Made by a program: the position numbers and the translations under genes. From Podarcis gaigeae (lineage: Eukaryota), in assembly GCA_964106915.2 (NCBI GenBank), contig OZ066914.1: DNA of 64,000 bases. The stretch is one strand, 5' to 3'. Shown piece by piece: positions 29,492 through 42,000 of the stretch (its first letter is position 1; each line of letters opens with the position of its first letter). The notes beneath the pieces were generated by a model, which was given only the letters and a program-made list of their open reading frames with translations, searched no databases and was not told where the DNA came from.

Positions 29492-29692
29492 GTAAGGTAA
29501 AGGACCCTTGGATGGTTAAGTCCAGTCAAAGGTGATTATGGGGTGCAGCGTTCATCTCGCTTTCAGGCTGAGGGAGCCGACGTTTGTCCACAGACAGCTT
29601 TCTGGGTCATGTGGCCAGCATGACTAAACCACCTCTGGCGCAATGGAACACCGTGACAGAAACCAGAGCGCATGGAAATGTCGTTTACCAGT
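29492..29692 (-). mobile_element. Sauria SINE, 5'-truncated
   Basis: Matches the 3' half of 36811-37179. 13-bp TSD ATATACTAATAAA (29479-29491, 29693-29705). Confidence 0.9.
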
Positions 29693-29723
29693 ATATACTA
29701 ATAAACACAAACATATATATACA

Positions 29724-29768
29724 CAATACAATACAATACAATACAATACAATACAATACAATACAATA
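29724..29768. repeat. (ATACA)~8 pentanucleotide repeat
   Basis: Direct reading. Confidence 0.95.
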
Positions 29769-29783
29769 ATAATATACTAATAT

Positions 29784-30285
29784 TGTCAGGCTGCTGTCAG
29801 CAACTCCCAGCTGGTTGCAAGGAATGTACAAAGACAAGGTATTGTTTCTTACCATCCACTTTTTAGTTGGTATTTACAGAAAGAAGCTATGGAATCCAGC
29901 CTCTTGGATAATGGCGTTGTCCCGAGTGAATCTCCACCCCCCATCTCTCCCACTTCCTCCTTCGTCATTTGCATTGTCACTCCTACGGGTGCTGCTACGT
30001 GGCCTCTGCCTTTGAGCTCTTTGCTCTTCTACTTTCAAGGCTCTCTGGGTTCTGGGAGATGGGTGGGGTGGGGTCTGGAGTGCTTTCTAAAGACACTGTA
30101 TCCATCAGCTGTCGCTCCCCTGGTGCTTCCTCTTCCTCCTCCCCTCCCATTATTTCCCAACTTTCCCCCTCATCTGCCTATGAGCTGTGACCTCCCTCAA
30201 ACCCCTGTTGTAAATCTAAACTGTCTTCCTCTTCTTCCTCCCTGGGAGGGTCAAGCTGGTTTCCTCCTCTGCCCAGTCCCTGACA
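29784..30285 (-). mobile_element. Solo LTR (same family as 26864-27327)
   Basis: TGTCAGG...CCTGACA termini, flanks AATAT/AATAC, colinear similarity to the first copy. Confidence 0.8.
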
Positions 30286-30418
30286 AATACACAGATTCCT
30301 GCAAGGCAATCATGGATGGGGCTTCCCTTGAAGTTTCAACAGTTCAGTGGAATGCATCGCCTTCATCTTAACAAGGTTGGGTCTCTCTTTAGTAGCATAC
30401 AATTCCAGCATCCTTACT

Positions 30419-30550
30419 TAAGAATATAAGAACATAAGAAGAGCCTGCTGGATCAGACCAATGGCACATCTAGTCCAGCATCATCTTCTCACAGTGGCCA
30501 GATGCCTGTGGGAAACCCACAAACAGGACCGAGCTCAAGAGCACTCTCCC
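30419..30550 (-). mobile_element. CR1-type 3' fragment
   Basis: (TAAGAACA)-type tail then agagcctgctggatcagaccaatggcacatctagtccagca. Confidence 0.7.
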
Positions 30551-31275
30551 CAAAATAGATATGGATAATATTATTGGAACCCTGCGATTAGCCAAGAATA
30601 CCTTCTTAGCATCAAGTTCAAATATCAGGCTGTTCTATGATCGTTGTGCTCCCTCCTTCTGGAGATTTGTCAGAATTTACAGTATCTCTGAATTCTTTGC
30701 AGAAGTGTTGCAAAATTTTGCTATTATTAGGGCTGATTTGTGTGTGTGTGTTTGCAACTAAGTGAGCTGGGATAGAAATAGAAGCACATTGCCTAGTCTG
30801 CATTCATATTGCATGATTTCCTTCATGTATCGCAGTCTGCTTGCCAGGGTCACACACAATTACCTCTGGACTGTGGCCTTTATGTGACACAATCTCTTTT
30901 CTCTTTGGCTTATGCATTGCCTACCTTTTATACACCTTGGGTTCCCTCCCTTGTGTAGCCATAAGGCACACCAACTATGCTCCCTTCTCCAGCAACCTGT
31001 CCCTATGACTAGGATGATATGTTCTGCATACCATAGTGTCTTGTCATTTGTGGAAGGTGACATTTGATTAGTTAAGGAGTGCCACAACAATACCTGGAAA
31101 TCCTCTAGGTATGAATTCAGGTACACCCAAGTTTTCTTTCAATCTCTTAACCCACAAGAAGTGGGAGTCTTTCCACTCCACCCACAGGCGTAGTCGTCTT
31201 CAAAATAAGATGATAAAATAATACTGACACAAACCTCCTCCTCCCCAAGGAATAGGGACTAGAAAGGCTAGATGC

Positions 31276-32558
31276 CATAGAATCATAGAGTTGGAAGAGA
31301 CCACAAGGGCCATCGAGTCCAACCCCCTGCCAAGCAGGAAACACCATCAGAGCACTCCTGACATATGGCTGTCAAGCCTCTGCTTAAAGACCTCCAAAGA
31401 AGGAGACTCCACCACACTCCTTGGCAGCAAATTCCACTGTCAAACAGCTCTTACTGTCAGGAAGTTCTTCCTAATGTTTAGGTGGAATCTTCTTTTTTGT
31501 AGTTTGGATCCATTGCTCCGTGTCCGCTTCTCTGGAGCAGCAGAAAACAACCTTTCTCCCTCCTCTATGTGACATCCTTTTATATATTTGAACATGGCTA
31601 TCATATCACCCCTTAACCTCCTCTTCTCCAGGCTAAACATGCCCAGTTCCCTTAGCCGTTCCTCATAAGGCATCGTTTCCAGGCCTTTGACCATTTTGGT
31701 TGCCCTCCTCTGGACACGTTCCAGTTTGTCAGTGTCCTTCTGGAACTGTGGTGCCCAGAACTGGACACAGTACTCCAGGTGAGGTCTGACCAGAGCAGAA
31801 TACAGTGGCACTATTACTTCCCTTGATCTAGATGCTATACTCCTATTGATGCAGCCCAGAATTGCATTGGCTTTTTTAGCTGCCGTGTCACACTGTTGGC
31901 TCATGTCAAGTTTGTGGTCAACCAAGACTCCTAGATCCTTTTCACATGCACTGCTCTCAAGCCAGGTGTCACCCATCTTGTATCTGTGCCTCTCATTTTT
32001 TTTGCCCAAGTGCAATACTTTACATTTCTCCCTGTTAAAATTCATCTTGTTTGTTTTGGCCCAGTTCTCTAATCTGTCAAGGTCGTTTTGAAGTGTGATC
32101 CTGTCCTCTGGGGTGTTAGCCACCCCTCCCAGTTTGGTGTCATCTGCAAATTTGATCAGGATGCCCTTGAGTCCATCATCCAAGTCGTTGATAAAGATGT
32201 TGAATAAGACTGGGCCCAAGACAGAACCCTGTGGCACCCCACTAGTCACTCTTCTCCAGGATGAAGAGGAACCATTGATGAGCACCCTTTGGGTTCGGTC
32301 AGTCAGCCAGTTACAAATCCACTGAGTGGTAGCATAGTCAAGACCGCATTTAGTACCTTCTTTACAAGAATATCATGGGGCACCTTGTCAAATGCCTTGC
32401 TGAAATCAAGGCAGGCTACATCCACTGCGTTCCCTTCATCTACCAGGCTTGTAATTCTGTCAAAAAACGAGATCAGGTTAGTCTGACATGACTTATTTTT
32501 CAGAAATCCATGCTGACTATTGGTGATCACAGCATTCCTTTCTAGGTGCTCACAGACA
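31276..32558 (-). mobile_element. CR1 LINE, 5'-truncated (reverse transcriptase C-terminal half and 3' UTR)
   Basis: ORFs 32303-32569 and 31440-32285 carry QHGF...[27 protein letters not shown] and KFADD motifs, split by one frameshift. (ATTCTATG)n tail at 31276. Confidence 0.96.
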
Positions 32559-33023
32559 TGCCTTGGCACTTCCTGTGATGTTTTCCTCCCAATTCAGTTT
32601 TTCAGACCGATTCTTTTGGAATTGCCACCAAGTCCTGTGCTGCCAGAAGATCTGACCAGCTAGGAATGCAACGCTGTGGGGAATTGCGGAGCCTGAGGAT
32701 TACGTGGACATTTGGTGAACCCTTGTGATGTTTCTTATTAACCAACCCTATCTCAATATAGTTCCCGTAAAGTATGAATTCATTTGGAAGTAGCTATAAT
32801 TTGCGCTTCCCCAGTTTGCTTTTCCCATTTATGACTTAGGTTGCTTGCCTATTTCCCCCCTTATTTTTTCCTTACAATTAGATGTTAATGCTCATTCATT
32901 GGTTTTTCTCTAAACGTATACCATAAACATACTACAAGATTTATATTTATGTTGTTTTTCTTTTGTATTCTTACCATGTCCATGCATATTTTATTTTTTA
33001 TTTTTATATATTTATTGAATTTA

Positions 33024-33275
33024 CAGTGGTACCTTGGTTTACGAACTTAATCCATTTCGGAAATCCATTCTTAAACCAAAGCGTTCTTAAACCAAGGTGT
33101 GCTTTCCCATAGCAGCGGGGGACTCAATTTACAAATGGAACACACTCAACATGAAGTGGAACATGTTCTTATTCCAAGGCAAAGTTCACAAACCAAAACA
33201 CCTACTTCTGGGTTTGCAGTGTTCTTAATCCAAGTTGTTCATAAATTAAGCTGTTCTTAAACCAAGGTACCACTG
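33024..33275. mobile_element. Tigger/pogo-like MITE
   Basis: TA|CAGTGGTACCTTGGTTTA ... TAAACCAAGGTACCACTG|TA. Confidence 0.92.
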
Positions 33276-33635
33276 TATATACCACTCTATACCCAGAGGT
33301 TTCAGGGCGGTTCACAGAAAAGATCACAATATATAAAATCAAAATAAGAACAATAACCCAATAACACCCCCCCCCCAAAGAGCCACATTTTAAAAGGGTA
33401 TAGGATGTCAATCAGGTCAACCAAAGGCCTGGTTAAAAAGGAACGGTTTTGCCTAGTGCCTAAAGGTGGTAATGAAGGTACCAGGCGAACTTCTCTGGGG
33501 AGAGCGTTCCATAGATGGAGAGCCACTGCAGAGAAGGCCCCGTTCTCGTGTTGCCACCCTCTGGACCTCTCAAGGAGGAGGCACACAAAGGAGGGCCTCA
33601 GAAGATGATCTCAGGGTCTGGGTAGGTGCATATGG
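33276..33635 (-). mobile_element. L2 LINE 3' end (tail interrupted by the MITE)
   Basis: Minus-strand translation AFSAVALHLWNALPREVRL, followed by a 3' UTR. The A/T-rich tail continues at about 32990-33023. Confidence 0.8.
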
Positions 33636-34795
33636 AAAGAATTTTATTTCTTCTCTTTCTTTTTTAAAGATGTAAAAAAGAGAGCAAGAGGAATTCAATC
33701 TCACACTTTAAACAGTCTTACAGAACAATCCACTTCCTAAGTCGCGAAGATGTGTTGCTCTATTCAGCCCCATTCACATGCTCATTCATGTAGATATGAA
33801 TGTGTGGAAGAAGAGGATCATGGCTACTGAATCTGATTGCTATGTGTTCATTATTCAAACTTCTGAACAGAGTCAGGTGCATATGTCACAGCACAAGTGT
33901 CTCCTGCAACAATACAAAACAAACCTGTACCAGCTCCACATGTACACATCTTAAATCACAGATGGGGAACCTGTGGCCCTCTGAATGTCTTAGACGCTAG
34001 CTCCCATCAGCACCATCACTCATGGCCAACTGGAGTTCTGGAGGGCCCAAGGTTCAGTTGATACAACTGAAGCCGAACTCTGCCCTACCGTAATCTTTCC
34101 CATCCTTGCTCTTGTCTTCACCTTCCCCAGCACACATTTGTGGTCCCTCTGTTGACTCTTGCCCTCTCACTGCAGTCAAATTATTAAAACATATTGCAGG
34201 AGGAAAGCAGCATAGATCTGTATTTTGACAGCTTGAACTGCATGCCTGGAAATTATGTTCTGGAAGGACTTCTCAAGCGGGCAACTCCATCACATGATTT
34301 CTGTAATAGCAACACGCACAGATTCTATTTAAATTCTCTTGCGAGGCTTTTAGACAAGTTCTTCAAGGGAGGGATGTGCCTGCTTTGCAGCTGAAAAGGT
34401 GCCAAGTAATGAATAAAGAAGCACAAGTAAGTATTGGTCACACTGGACTTCCTCTCCCCAAAGGGATAAGGACACACTGGAAGTCGAGCATAAAAACCTC
34501 AAGGGGGTGTAGCGTGTTGAAAGGGATGCAATGGGAGGGTTCTCCTGGCTGTGGGCTGTCCAAGTGGGTCCTCAGAGCTCTTAACAGCATCAGGGTCTGT
34601 CCTCAAATTTGCTTCCCCACAGCGGAATGTATGAGTGACTGAAATTCAGAGACAAGGAGCAGTACGGAAAGAGAGCTCCCCAGGGTGGCACTCACACATC
34701 TACAAAGTAAGGGGGGAGATGAATCACACATGAGTTTGCGTAACATGCTGATTTAGATGTCTAGATGTGAGTCTAGAAATATTGGAGAAGGCAGT

Positions 34796-35751
34796 GAAAA
34801 GCTTCTGGGAAATGATATATAATGAGATGAAAAAGATGTTGAAATATACATTTATATATAAAAAAACAGAAGCATTTTTGCTTGGCATTGTAGGGGAGGA
34901 TATTAACAAACAGGATAATAAACTGTTTTTATATGCAATAGCGGCAGCAAGAATCAATCAATCAATCTTTATTATGGTCCAGAGACCCAACAAATCATTA
35001 CAAATCAATACACAATTCATACAGCCTACCTCCAGGTTAATCAAGCATTTTGTTTAGAATATAGGGCTCATTTGTTCTTGCAACCACCGATAAAAACTTT
35101 GCCACTGCTAACGTTCTAGCATTTGTCCGGTCTTCCAGTAGGAACCTGACATAGTGAGCCTCTGATTTTCACGGGAAAGGTACCAGCAAGGGTAATATCA
35201 GTTCAGCCCTGGCCTGCTCATATTTTGCACAATGCAACAAAATATGATTTGTGGAATCGATGTCTTGAGCACACGAGCAAAGTCTGTCCTGGTAGGGAAC
35301 TCCTCTCAGGCAGCAAGAATATCACTGGCACATAAATGGAAACAAAGAACTACCGACGAAAGAAGAATGGCAGACAAAATTAATGGACTATGCAGAATTA
35401 GACAAGATGACAGCAAGGATCTGAAACCTGTGGGACCAGAGATTCTCAGAGGACTGGAGTAAATATCTGAACTATTTGAAAAGCAATGGTAATAAACAGA
35501 TTACGCTAGTAGGACTTCAATAAGTTTTGTAAGGAGGATTATGCAAAGTATTGCAGAGAAGATTATGAAGAGAGTTATTAGTTAAGGATAATTAAAAGTA
35601 ATAGAGAAATTAAGAAATGTAGATTAAGTGATAAAGTTTGAAAAATCTTCAGATGTGGTTGATGGAAGGCCAAAACATTGTATAAGATAAGAAAGTATAT
35701 ATGATTTTTGGAAATTGATTGTAAAAATCTCCCCCCCCCCTCTCTATATAA
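34796..35751 (+). mobile_element. L1-clade LINE 3' fragment
   Basis: VKSFWEMIYNEMKKML...FLLGI...LFLYAIAAARI|SLAHKWK ORF2 C-terminal remnant with A-rich 3' UTR. 21-bp TSD AGAAATATTGGA(G/A)AAGGCAGT (34775-34795, 35752-35772). Confidence 0.8.
34955..35308 (-). mobile_element. RTE-X-like non-LTR retrotransposon 3' end nested in L1
   Basis: Minus strand RGVPYQDRLCSCAQDIDSTNHILLHCAKYEQARAELILPLL (CCHC knuckle)...AVAKFL, then AATAAA and (ATTG)n tail. 12-bp TSD GGCAGCAAGAAT. Confidence 0.8.
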
Positions 35752-35825
35752 AGAAATATTGGAAAAGGCAGTAATCAGTTGCTCAAGCTTCCTCAGATGA
35801 TCAACTTCAAGGCTTGTGCTTACGG

Positions 35826-35885
35826 TTCTTTAGCTTTAAACTAGACTCACAGTTTTTCTTTATCTTTAAACTAGACTCACGGTTT
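35826..35885 (+). repeat. 30-bp tandem duplication
   Basis: ttcttta(g/t)ctttaaactagactcac(a/g)gttt twice. Confidence 0.85.
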
Positions 35886-36810
35886 GTGCAGAGGGGAAAG
35901 TGTGGGCAGAGCAAGAGTTGAGTACTTCTCTCCCACCAGACAATTCTCCATGACAATCACACCACGCAACTCACCAGTCCAGTGTTTTGAACCACTCTGG
36001 TGTCTTAGTGCCTGTCCAATTGCTTTGGCTAATTTCCAAAGATGTCCTCACCTCCAGATCTTTTTATAGCTTGGGATACAAAAATTACTTGACATGACTG
36101 AGTGCTTTGGCTGCATCCATGAAGACGAGAAAAGTGCCAATAATGTATTTCTGGGAATAGTGAAACACTGTGAGTAATCTTACAAAATTATCTGGCCATT
36201 TGTCATTTCAACGCTCTTTTGCAGCCTTCAGTGATGAGCATGCATGCCACAGATGTTCCACGGTGCTGAAATGCCGAAAGGCAGGGATCCCTATTTGGCA
36301 ATTTCCACCAAACGCCGCTCCCCTGCCCCACCCCTGAGGACAGCAGAGGAAGCTCCCTAGCGCAGCCAATCCCTACTCAGTGGGGTTCACTGATCAACTG
36401 ATTAGCACTCCCAGAAAGCCCTTCTTGCTGGCATCAGAGACCCAGATTCAAATGCTGACTCACAAATGAAACTCATTGGGTGACTTTGGACCTAACCTCA
36501 CAGGGTATTGTTGTGAGGTTGAAATGGGAGGAAGATCCACGTATGTCACCCTGATTTCTATGGAGGGAGGTGAGATATTGTATAAACTGGAAGGTGGCCC
36601 TGCAAATTTAGTACTGTTAAGCTCCAAATACCATTGCCAAGATATAATGAACAGTCTGTTATATGTTGTGAATTAGTGTAGCACAGTCACTCAGAAAGTA
36701 AGCTGTGAACCAGGTAGCCATTGTTCTAACTTCACTTTTACCATGAGTTCACTTGGTGATCTTAGCTTGGTGCTCTCTGCCTCAGATCTTATTAGCAATG
36801 TAGGGATAAT

Positions 36811-37179
36811 AAAAGGTCCCTGGGTGGTTAAGTCCATTCAAAGGTGACAATGGGGTTGCGGCGCTCATCTCACTGTCAGGCCGAAGGAGCTGGCGTTTGT
36901 CCACAGACAGCTTTCTGGCTCATGTTACCAGCATGACTAAAGCACTTCTGGCACAATGGAACACCGTGATGGAAACCAGAGCGCACAGAAATACTGCTTA
37001 ACCTCCCACCACAGCAGTACCTGTTTATCTACTTGCACTGGTATGCTTTCAAACTGCTAGGTTGGCAGGAGCTGCGATAGAGCCAATGGGAGCTCACCCC
37101 GTCACGGGGATTTGAACCGCCGACCTTCTGATCAGCAAGCCCAAGAGGCTCAGTGGTTTAAACCACAGCGCCACCTGCC
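36811..37179 (-). mobile_element. Sauria SINE, near full length
   Basis: Reverse complement of the 14424-14787 family, with box A and box B. Confidence 0.9.
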
Positions 37180-37391
37180 TGTACTGACTTGCAGTATGTC
37201 TCTGAATGACAGTTGCTGGAAGCTGCAGGAAGTGAGAGTGCTGCTGGGCTCAGGTCCTGATTGTGGCCTTTCCTGAAGTATTTGCTTGACCATGGTGAGA
37301 ACTGGATGCTGGACTATAAAAGGCCACTTGTCTGATCCAGCAGCCTCTTCTTTTATTTTCAGGAGATGCATGAAACAGTGTCAATGTGCTA

Positions 37392-37640
37392 AGCCAGTGT
37401 GGTGTAGTGGTTAAGAGCGGTAGATTCATAATCTGATGAACCGGGTTCGCGTCTCCGCTCCTCCACATGCAGCTGCTGGGTGACCTTGGGCTAGTCTCAC
37501 TTCTCTGAAGTCTCTCAGCCCCACTCACCTCACAGAGTGTTTGTTGTGGGGGAGGAAGGGAAAGGAGAATGTTAGCCGCTTTGAGACTCCTTCGGGTAGT
37601 AATAAAGCGGGATATCAAATCCAAACTCTTCTTCTTCTTC
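37392..37640 (+). mobile_element. Squam3-type SINE, full length
   Basis: Box A TGGTGTAGTGG, box B GGTTCGCGTC, core gggtgaccttgggctagtc, L2-like tail and (CTT)n. Confidence 0.88.
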
Positions 37641-38620
37641 TAATGTATTAATTTTATTTATGGTATTTTATACACCTATGAAGCAAATCCCATGGTTACT
37701 TTACAAAAAGAAACCCCATGAAAAATAAAGAATGCAATAAAAATAAACTAAAGCAATGTTAATATAATATCTGTAGCAGCATAAAATAAACAGAAATAGC
37801 TATGAAACCAACCCAAGACACATAAAACCATCATAAAAAAACAAGAATAGTAAATGTCACGGATTTAAAATGCACTAAAATTCAAAGGCTTGTGAGGAAT
37901 AAAAAGGTCTTCACCTTGTGTTAAAAGGACCAGATGAACCTCTCTGGGGAGGGCTTTCTACAAATGAGTTGCCTGCACTAAGTCTTTGATGTCTTATAGA
38001 TGCTAATTAACATAATTACCATTTTCTTCTGCCTTCCCTTTTTTCCTGTTTCTTAAATAGGGAAGTGAGAACCCTGACCTGTATGAGAGTTGTTTGCCTA
38101 TATAAATAAGTAATGTTCTGTGCTACGTTGCTTCCGTCCTCCTAGAAAAATATCGATTCTCTGCAGGTTGCAGAACAATTGCATTGCACAGAGAAGGATG
38201 AGTCTTAATCTGGTATGGAAAGCAGGAAGCCACTATGGAACTTTAATTATACAAATTAGGCACTTTGCATAAGAGCAGGTTAGTTATGTACTTGGAACGC
38301 ATTTCTTTTCCGTGTACTGTGAGGCTAATTAATTACACGCACCCCCGCCCTGAATTATTCTTATTCTAAATGCTAAGCAACCGGCCCCGTCTGGCCCTGC
38401 AGAGAGAATTCCACCACATGGAAATTCAATGATGTGTGCCAAGCATTGGAAAGCACCCATCTGCATCTCAGGGGCCTTTCCCTCACCTCTCATACTGGAT
38501 TGTTACCAGCTCTGCATTTAGTGGATCAGCTGCCTTCCACAGTATGGGCAGAATGGCAAAATGCCTGTTTCAAATCACATGCCCTTTTCCTGGCGATTTA
38601 CAAATTCTGAGTTCGAGTTA

Positions 38621-39045
38621 TCGTACTTTTCGATCTATAAGACGCCCCCATATATAAGACACCCCCTATTTTGGGGGACTGAAATTTCAGAAAATGGGGG
38701 GAGGGGATGGCAAAATGTTGTTGAGCTTTTTGGGGGGAGGATTACTGAGAGCTGTTGAGCTTTTTTAAGGAAAATCGCTACATGCATCGCAAAATCCGCC
38801 TCCCGTCTGTCTCCTCACCAGCAGAAGCTGCCAATTGCCCGCCTAATTGCCGCAGCATCGGCCAATCGACACCAGCCATTGATGCACCAACCAATAACAC
38901 ACACAATAGCTGCTGACAGCCGCAGCAGCAACCAATCAAACGTCCACTCTATGCACTACCCATGTACAGTATAAGATGACTCCCACTTTTAAGCATGGTT
39001 GGAAAGGGGGCGGGGAAACCTAGTCTTATACACTGAAAAGTACGG
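38621..39045. mobile_element. Tc2-like TcMar MITE (425 bp, distinct subfamily)
   Basis: TA|TCGTACTTTTCGATCTATAAGAC ... GTCTTATACACTGAAAAGTACGG|TA. Confidence 0.8.
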
Positions 39046-39189
39046 TATTTCAGTAGGATCTGCAGAACATTGTTTCTTTGTTGGAATATCAGGTATATTT
39101 GTATCTTCCCCCACCCCAATAGAATATGACCAGGCCTTTGTGCCTCTATGCTAGTTTATGGCTTAGTCCCAAGGTGGTTGCCCTGGAGG

Positions 39190-39330
39190 CTTTGTTTCCC
39201 AAACTTTGGACTCCAGATGTTTTTGGAGTACAACTCACATCATTCCTAGCTACCAGGACCAGTGGGTAGGGATGATAGGAATTGTAGTCCAACAAAACAC
39301 AGCTGGAGACCCAAGTTTGGGGAAACACTG
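39190..39330. mobile_element. Palindromic hAT-like MITE
   Basis: tgtttcccaaactttggactccagatgt ... acagctggagacccaagtttggggaaaca, long imperfect inverted repeats. Confidence 0.7.
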
Positions 39331-39822
39331 GTTTTGAAGGATACCCTGTATTGTATCATGGCTCACTGAACAAAGACTGCTCAATATCCCTGACTTTTGA
39401 AATTATATTGTTATAGATTGTTCTAACAATTAATAATTGGTAGGATTTTGATTATTTGGAGTATTGAAAGGAAGACTGCAGGCCAGTGGAAAAGGAGAGG
39501 CTCAGCTTTCTTTCTAAGCCAGGGCCTCACCTGGGATCAACATAACAAAAGGTATTGATAGCCCATCTGAGAGGAATTCTTGGGCCTGGCAAAACAGAAG
39601 GTTGCCAGGGTAACTGGGTGTGAAGTGACAGGAAAAGTGTCTTTAGAGGAAGGTGTGCTGGGAAGAAAAAGCGGAGAAAAAAGACTGACTGGGAGGGATG
39701 CCTTCGACTCCAGTGTTGCATTGCTGAGGAGAACAAGCCCACCTTGAGATGACCATGCTATGCGAACTGGTTAATATATATATAGAAAGCTACCTTATAA
39801 TAAGCCAGACCATTGGTCCATC

Positions 39823-40550
39823 TCTTCTTCTTCTTCTTTGGCAATCACTTGTAGCCGAGTAAGATTGTCTTCCATAAACACGGTTTTAACAATGAGTCCG
39901 TAAGTGACTGTGGAGGCCAATTCTGGATCCACCCATCCTTCCACAGTGGGGAAATTGGGTTCCGGGCGGGAGTTGATCACGGTGTGGATTTACCAAGCGT
40001 GCCTTCCTCTTAGCACGTTTTCCGCTTGCGTCCTGAGTTCAAGTGTCTTCAAAGCCCATGACACCTTTGGTAAAGGCTGTTCTCCAACTGGAGCGCTCGC
40101 AGGCCAGTGTTTCCCAGTTGTCGTTGTTTATACTACATTTTTTAAGATTTGCCTTGAGACAGTCTTTGAACCTCTTTTGTTGAGTTTTTAAAGTTCTGAA
40201 TAGAGTGGTTGTTTTGGAAGACGATAATCAGGCATCTGCACAACATGACCAGTCCCATGAAGTTGATGTTGAAGAATAATTGCTTCAACACTGGTGATCT
40301 GTGCTTCATCCAGTACACTGATATTAGTTCACTTGTCTTCCCATGTGATGTGTAAGATTTTTCAGAGACACCATTGATGGAATCTTTTGAGAAGCTGGAG
40401 ATGGCGTTTGTAACTGGTCCATGTTTCCCAAGCATACAGTAAGGTTGGTAGTACAATAGCTTTGCAGACAAGCATTTTGGTTTCCCTGCGAATGTCCTGG
40501 TCCTCAAACACTCTGCACTTCAATCGGGAGAAAGCTGCACTCGCAGAGCT
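39823..40550 (-). mobile_element. RTE-clade LINE 3' fragment
   Basis: Minus-strand remnants KAIVLPTLLYA.ETW...LERFHQ...KRFKDCLKANLKKC...SRIGLHSHLRTH (C2H2 end), with (GAA)n tail. Confidence 0.88.
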
Positions 40551-40937
40551 CCATACTGTCTATACTGATTGGCAGTGACTTGCCAGGGTTTCAGATATGC
40601 ACCTCTCCAAGACAGAATCCACAGGGAAGTTCTTCTGCAGAAGCCCCAATGGAAAAAGAAGTGCTCTTCTACATTTCGTCAAGATGCAGAATAGCATCCT
40701 GCTAGGATTGTGTCCCAAGTTAATTGGTGTGGAAGGGGGAGGGGCATTGTCTTCCTCAGGCACCAAAATGCCTTGGCCTGACCTTAGGGTTACACTCAAA
40801 ATTACCAGAGTGCTTTATCGGGTTCACATGGCAGAGCCAGAGGCAAAAGTAGGCAGGACAGTTAATGTCAATTTCACTTTGATGCAGTAGACTAGTGTCA
40901 CTGGGAGGGGGGCGTGCACAGCAGGGCTGGTGAGGTA

Positions 40938-41267
40938 CCGTATTTTTTGCTCTATGAGACGCACCAGACCATAAGACAAACCTAGTTTTTGGAAGAGGAA
41001 AACAAGAAAAAAAATATTCTGAATCCCAGAAGCCAGGACAGCTTCTGGGAGAGGCTGTGCGCAGCTAAGGCTCCCCCAAGAGGAAGAAGGGCAGCCCTTC
41101 TCCCTCCTTGGGGAAAAGCCCCGAAGAGCTGCACACACGCTCCACGCGGCTCTTTAAAGGGAGCGCTGAGCAGAGCCTCCCACCTGCATTTGCTCCATAT
41201 GATGCACACATATTTCCCCTTCCTTTTTAGGAGGGGAAAAGTGTGCCTTATAGAGCGAAAAATACGG
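40938..41267. mobile_element. Tc2-like TcMar MITE (330 bp), opposite orientation to 41742-42000
   Basis: TA|CCGTATTTTTTGCTCTAT ... ATAGAGCGAAAAATACGG|TA. Confidence 0.9.
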
Positions 41268-41741
41268 TATATGGCCTAAGGAGAGGGTGTGGCTCCAAGG
41301 GGCCAGATAGAGAAGCGTGGAGGGCCACAATTAGCCTCCAAGCCTGAGGTATAGCTATATATACCACAGACTGAAGTAGCACAAATTTCACTACTTACTC
41401 TAAGCAGGGAAGTTTGTTTAGCACATTCTGCAGTAACCCCCAGGGGCTTGTCAGGCAGCAGCTACAGGGCTCTGTTGCTCAACTCTTTTTCTGTAGGGGA
41501 ATATCACAAAGATATGCAACCTATCTTTTCAACCTAGGTTAATTAGGAACAGTTTCCTCTGGCCATTTCTCACTAATTGCAGCAGGAGGGAGAACCCAAT
41601 TAAATAGCCACTGGAAACCCTGAGGGAAAAGTTAGGTCTGCCCCCAGTCCTTGCCACATGCAATAACAATGGGGGAAAGGGAAGTACAAAGCTATATGGA
41701 AACCAGGGACTTGGCTAGACTGGTAAAGAAAAAGCGATTTA

Positions 41742-42000
41742 CCGTATTTTTTGCTCTATAAGACTCACTTTTTCCCTGCTAAAAAGTAAGGGGAAATGTG
41801 TGTGCGTCTTATGGAGCGAATGCAGGCTGCGCAGCAATCCCAGGAGCCAGAACAACAAGAGGGATTGCTGCTTTCACTGCGCAGTGCTCCGTCTTGCTGT
41901 TCTGGCTTCTGAGATTCAGAATATTTTTTTTCTTGTTTTCCTCCTCCAAAAACTAGGTGCGTCTTGTGGTCTGGTGCGTCTTATAGAGCGAAAAATACGG
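41742..42000. mobile_element. Tc2-like TcMar MITE (259 bp)
   Basis: Same termini and interior as 5797-6055, flanked by TA. Confidence 0.92.

Noticed and set aside
26864-30285. Full-length LTR retrotransposon bounded by the two LTRs
   Set aside because: The LTRs are clearly diverged, each has its own TSD, and the 2.5-kb interval has no gag/pol.
31440-32285. Host gene or domesticated reverse transcriptase
   Set aside because: It is 5'-truncated, frameshifted and ends in the CR1 tail, so it is an ordinary dead CR1 copy.
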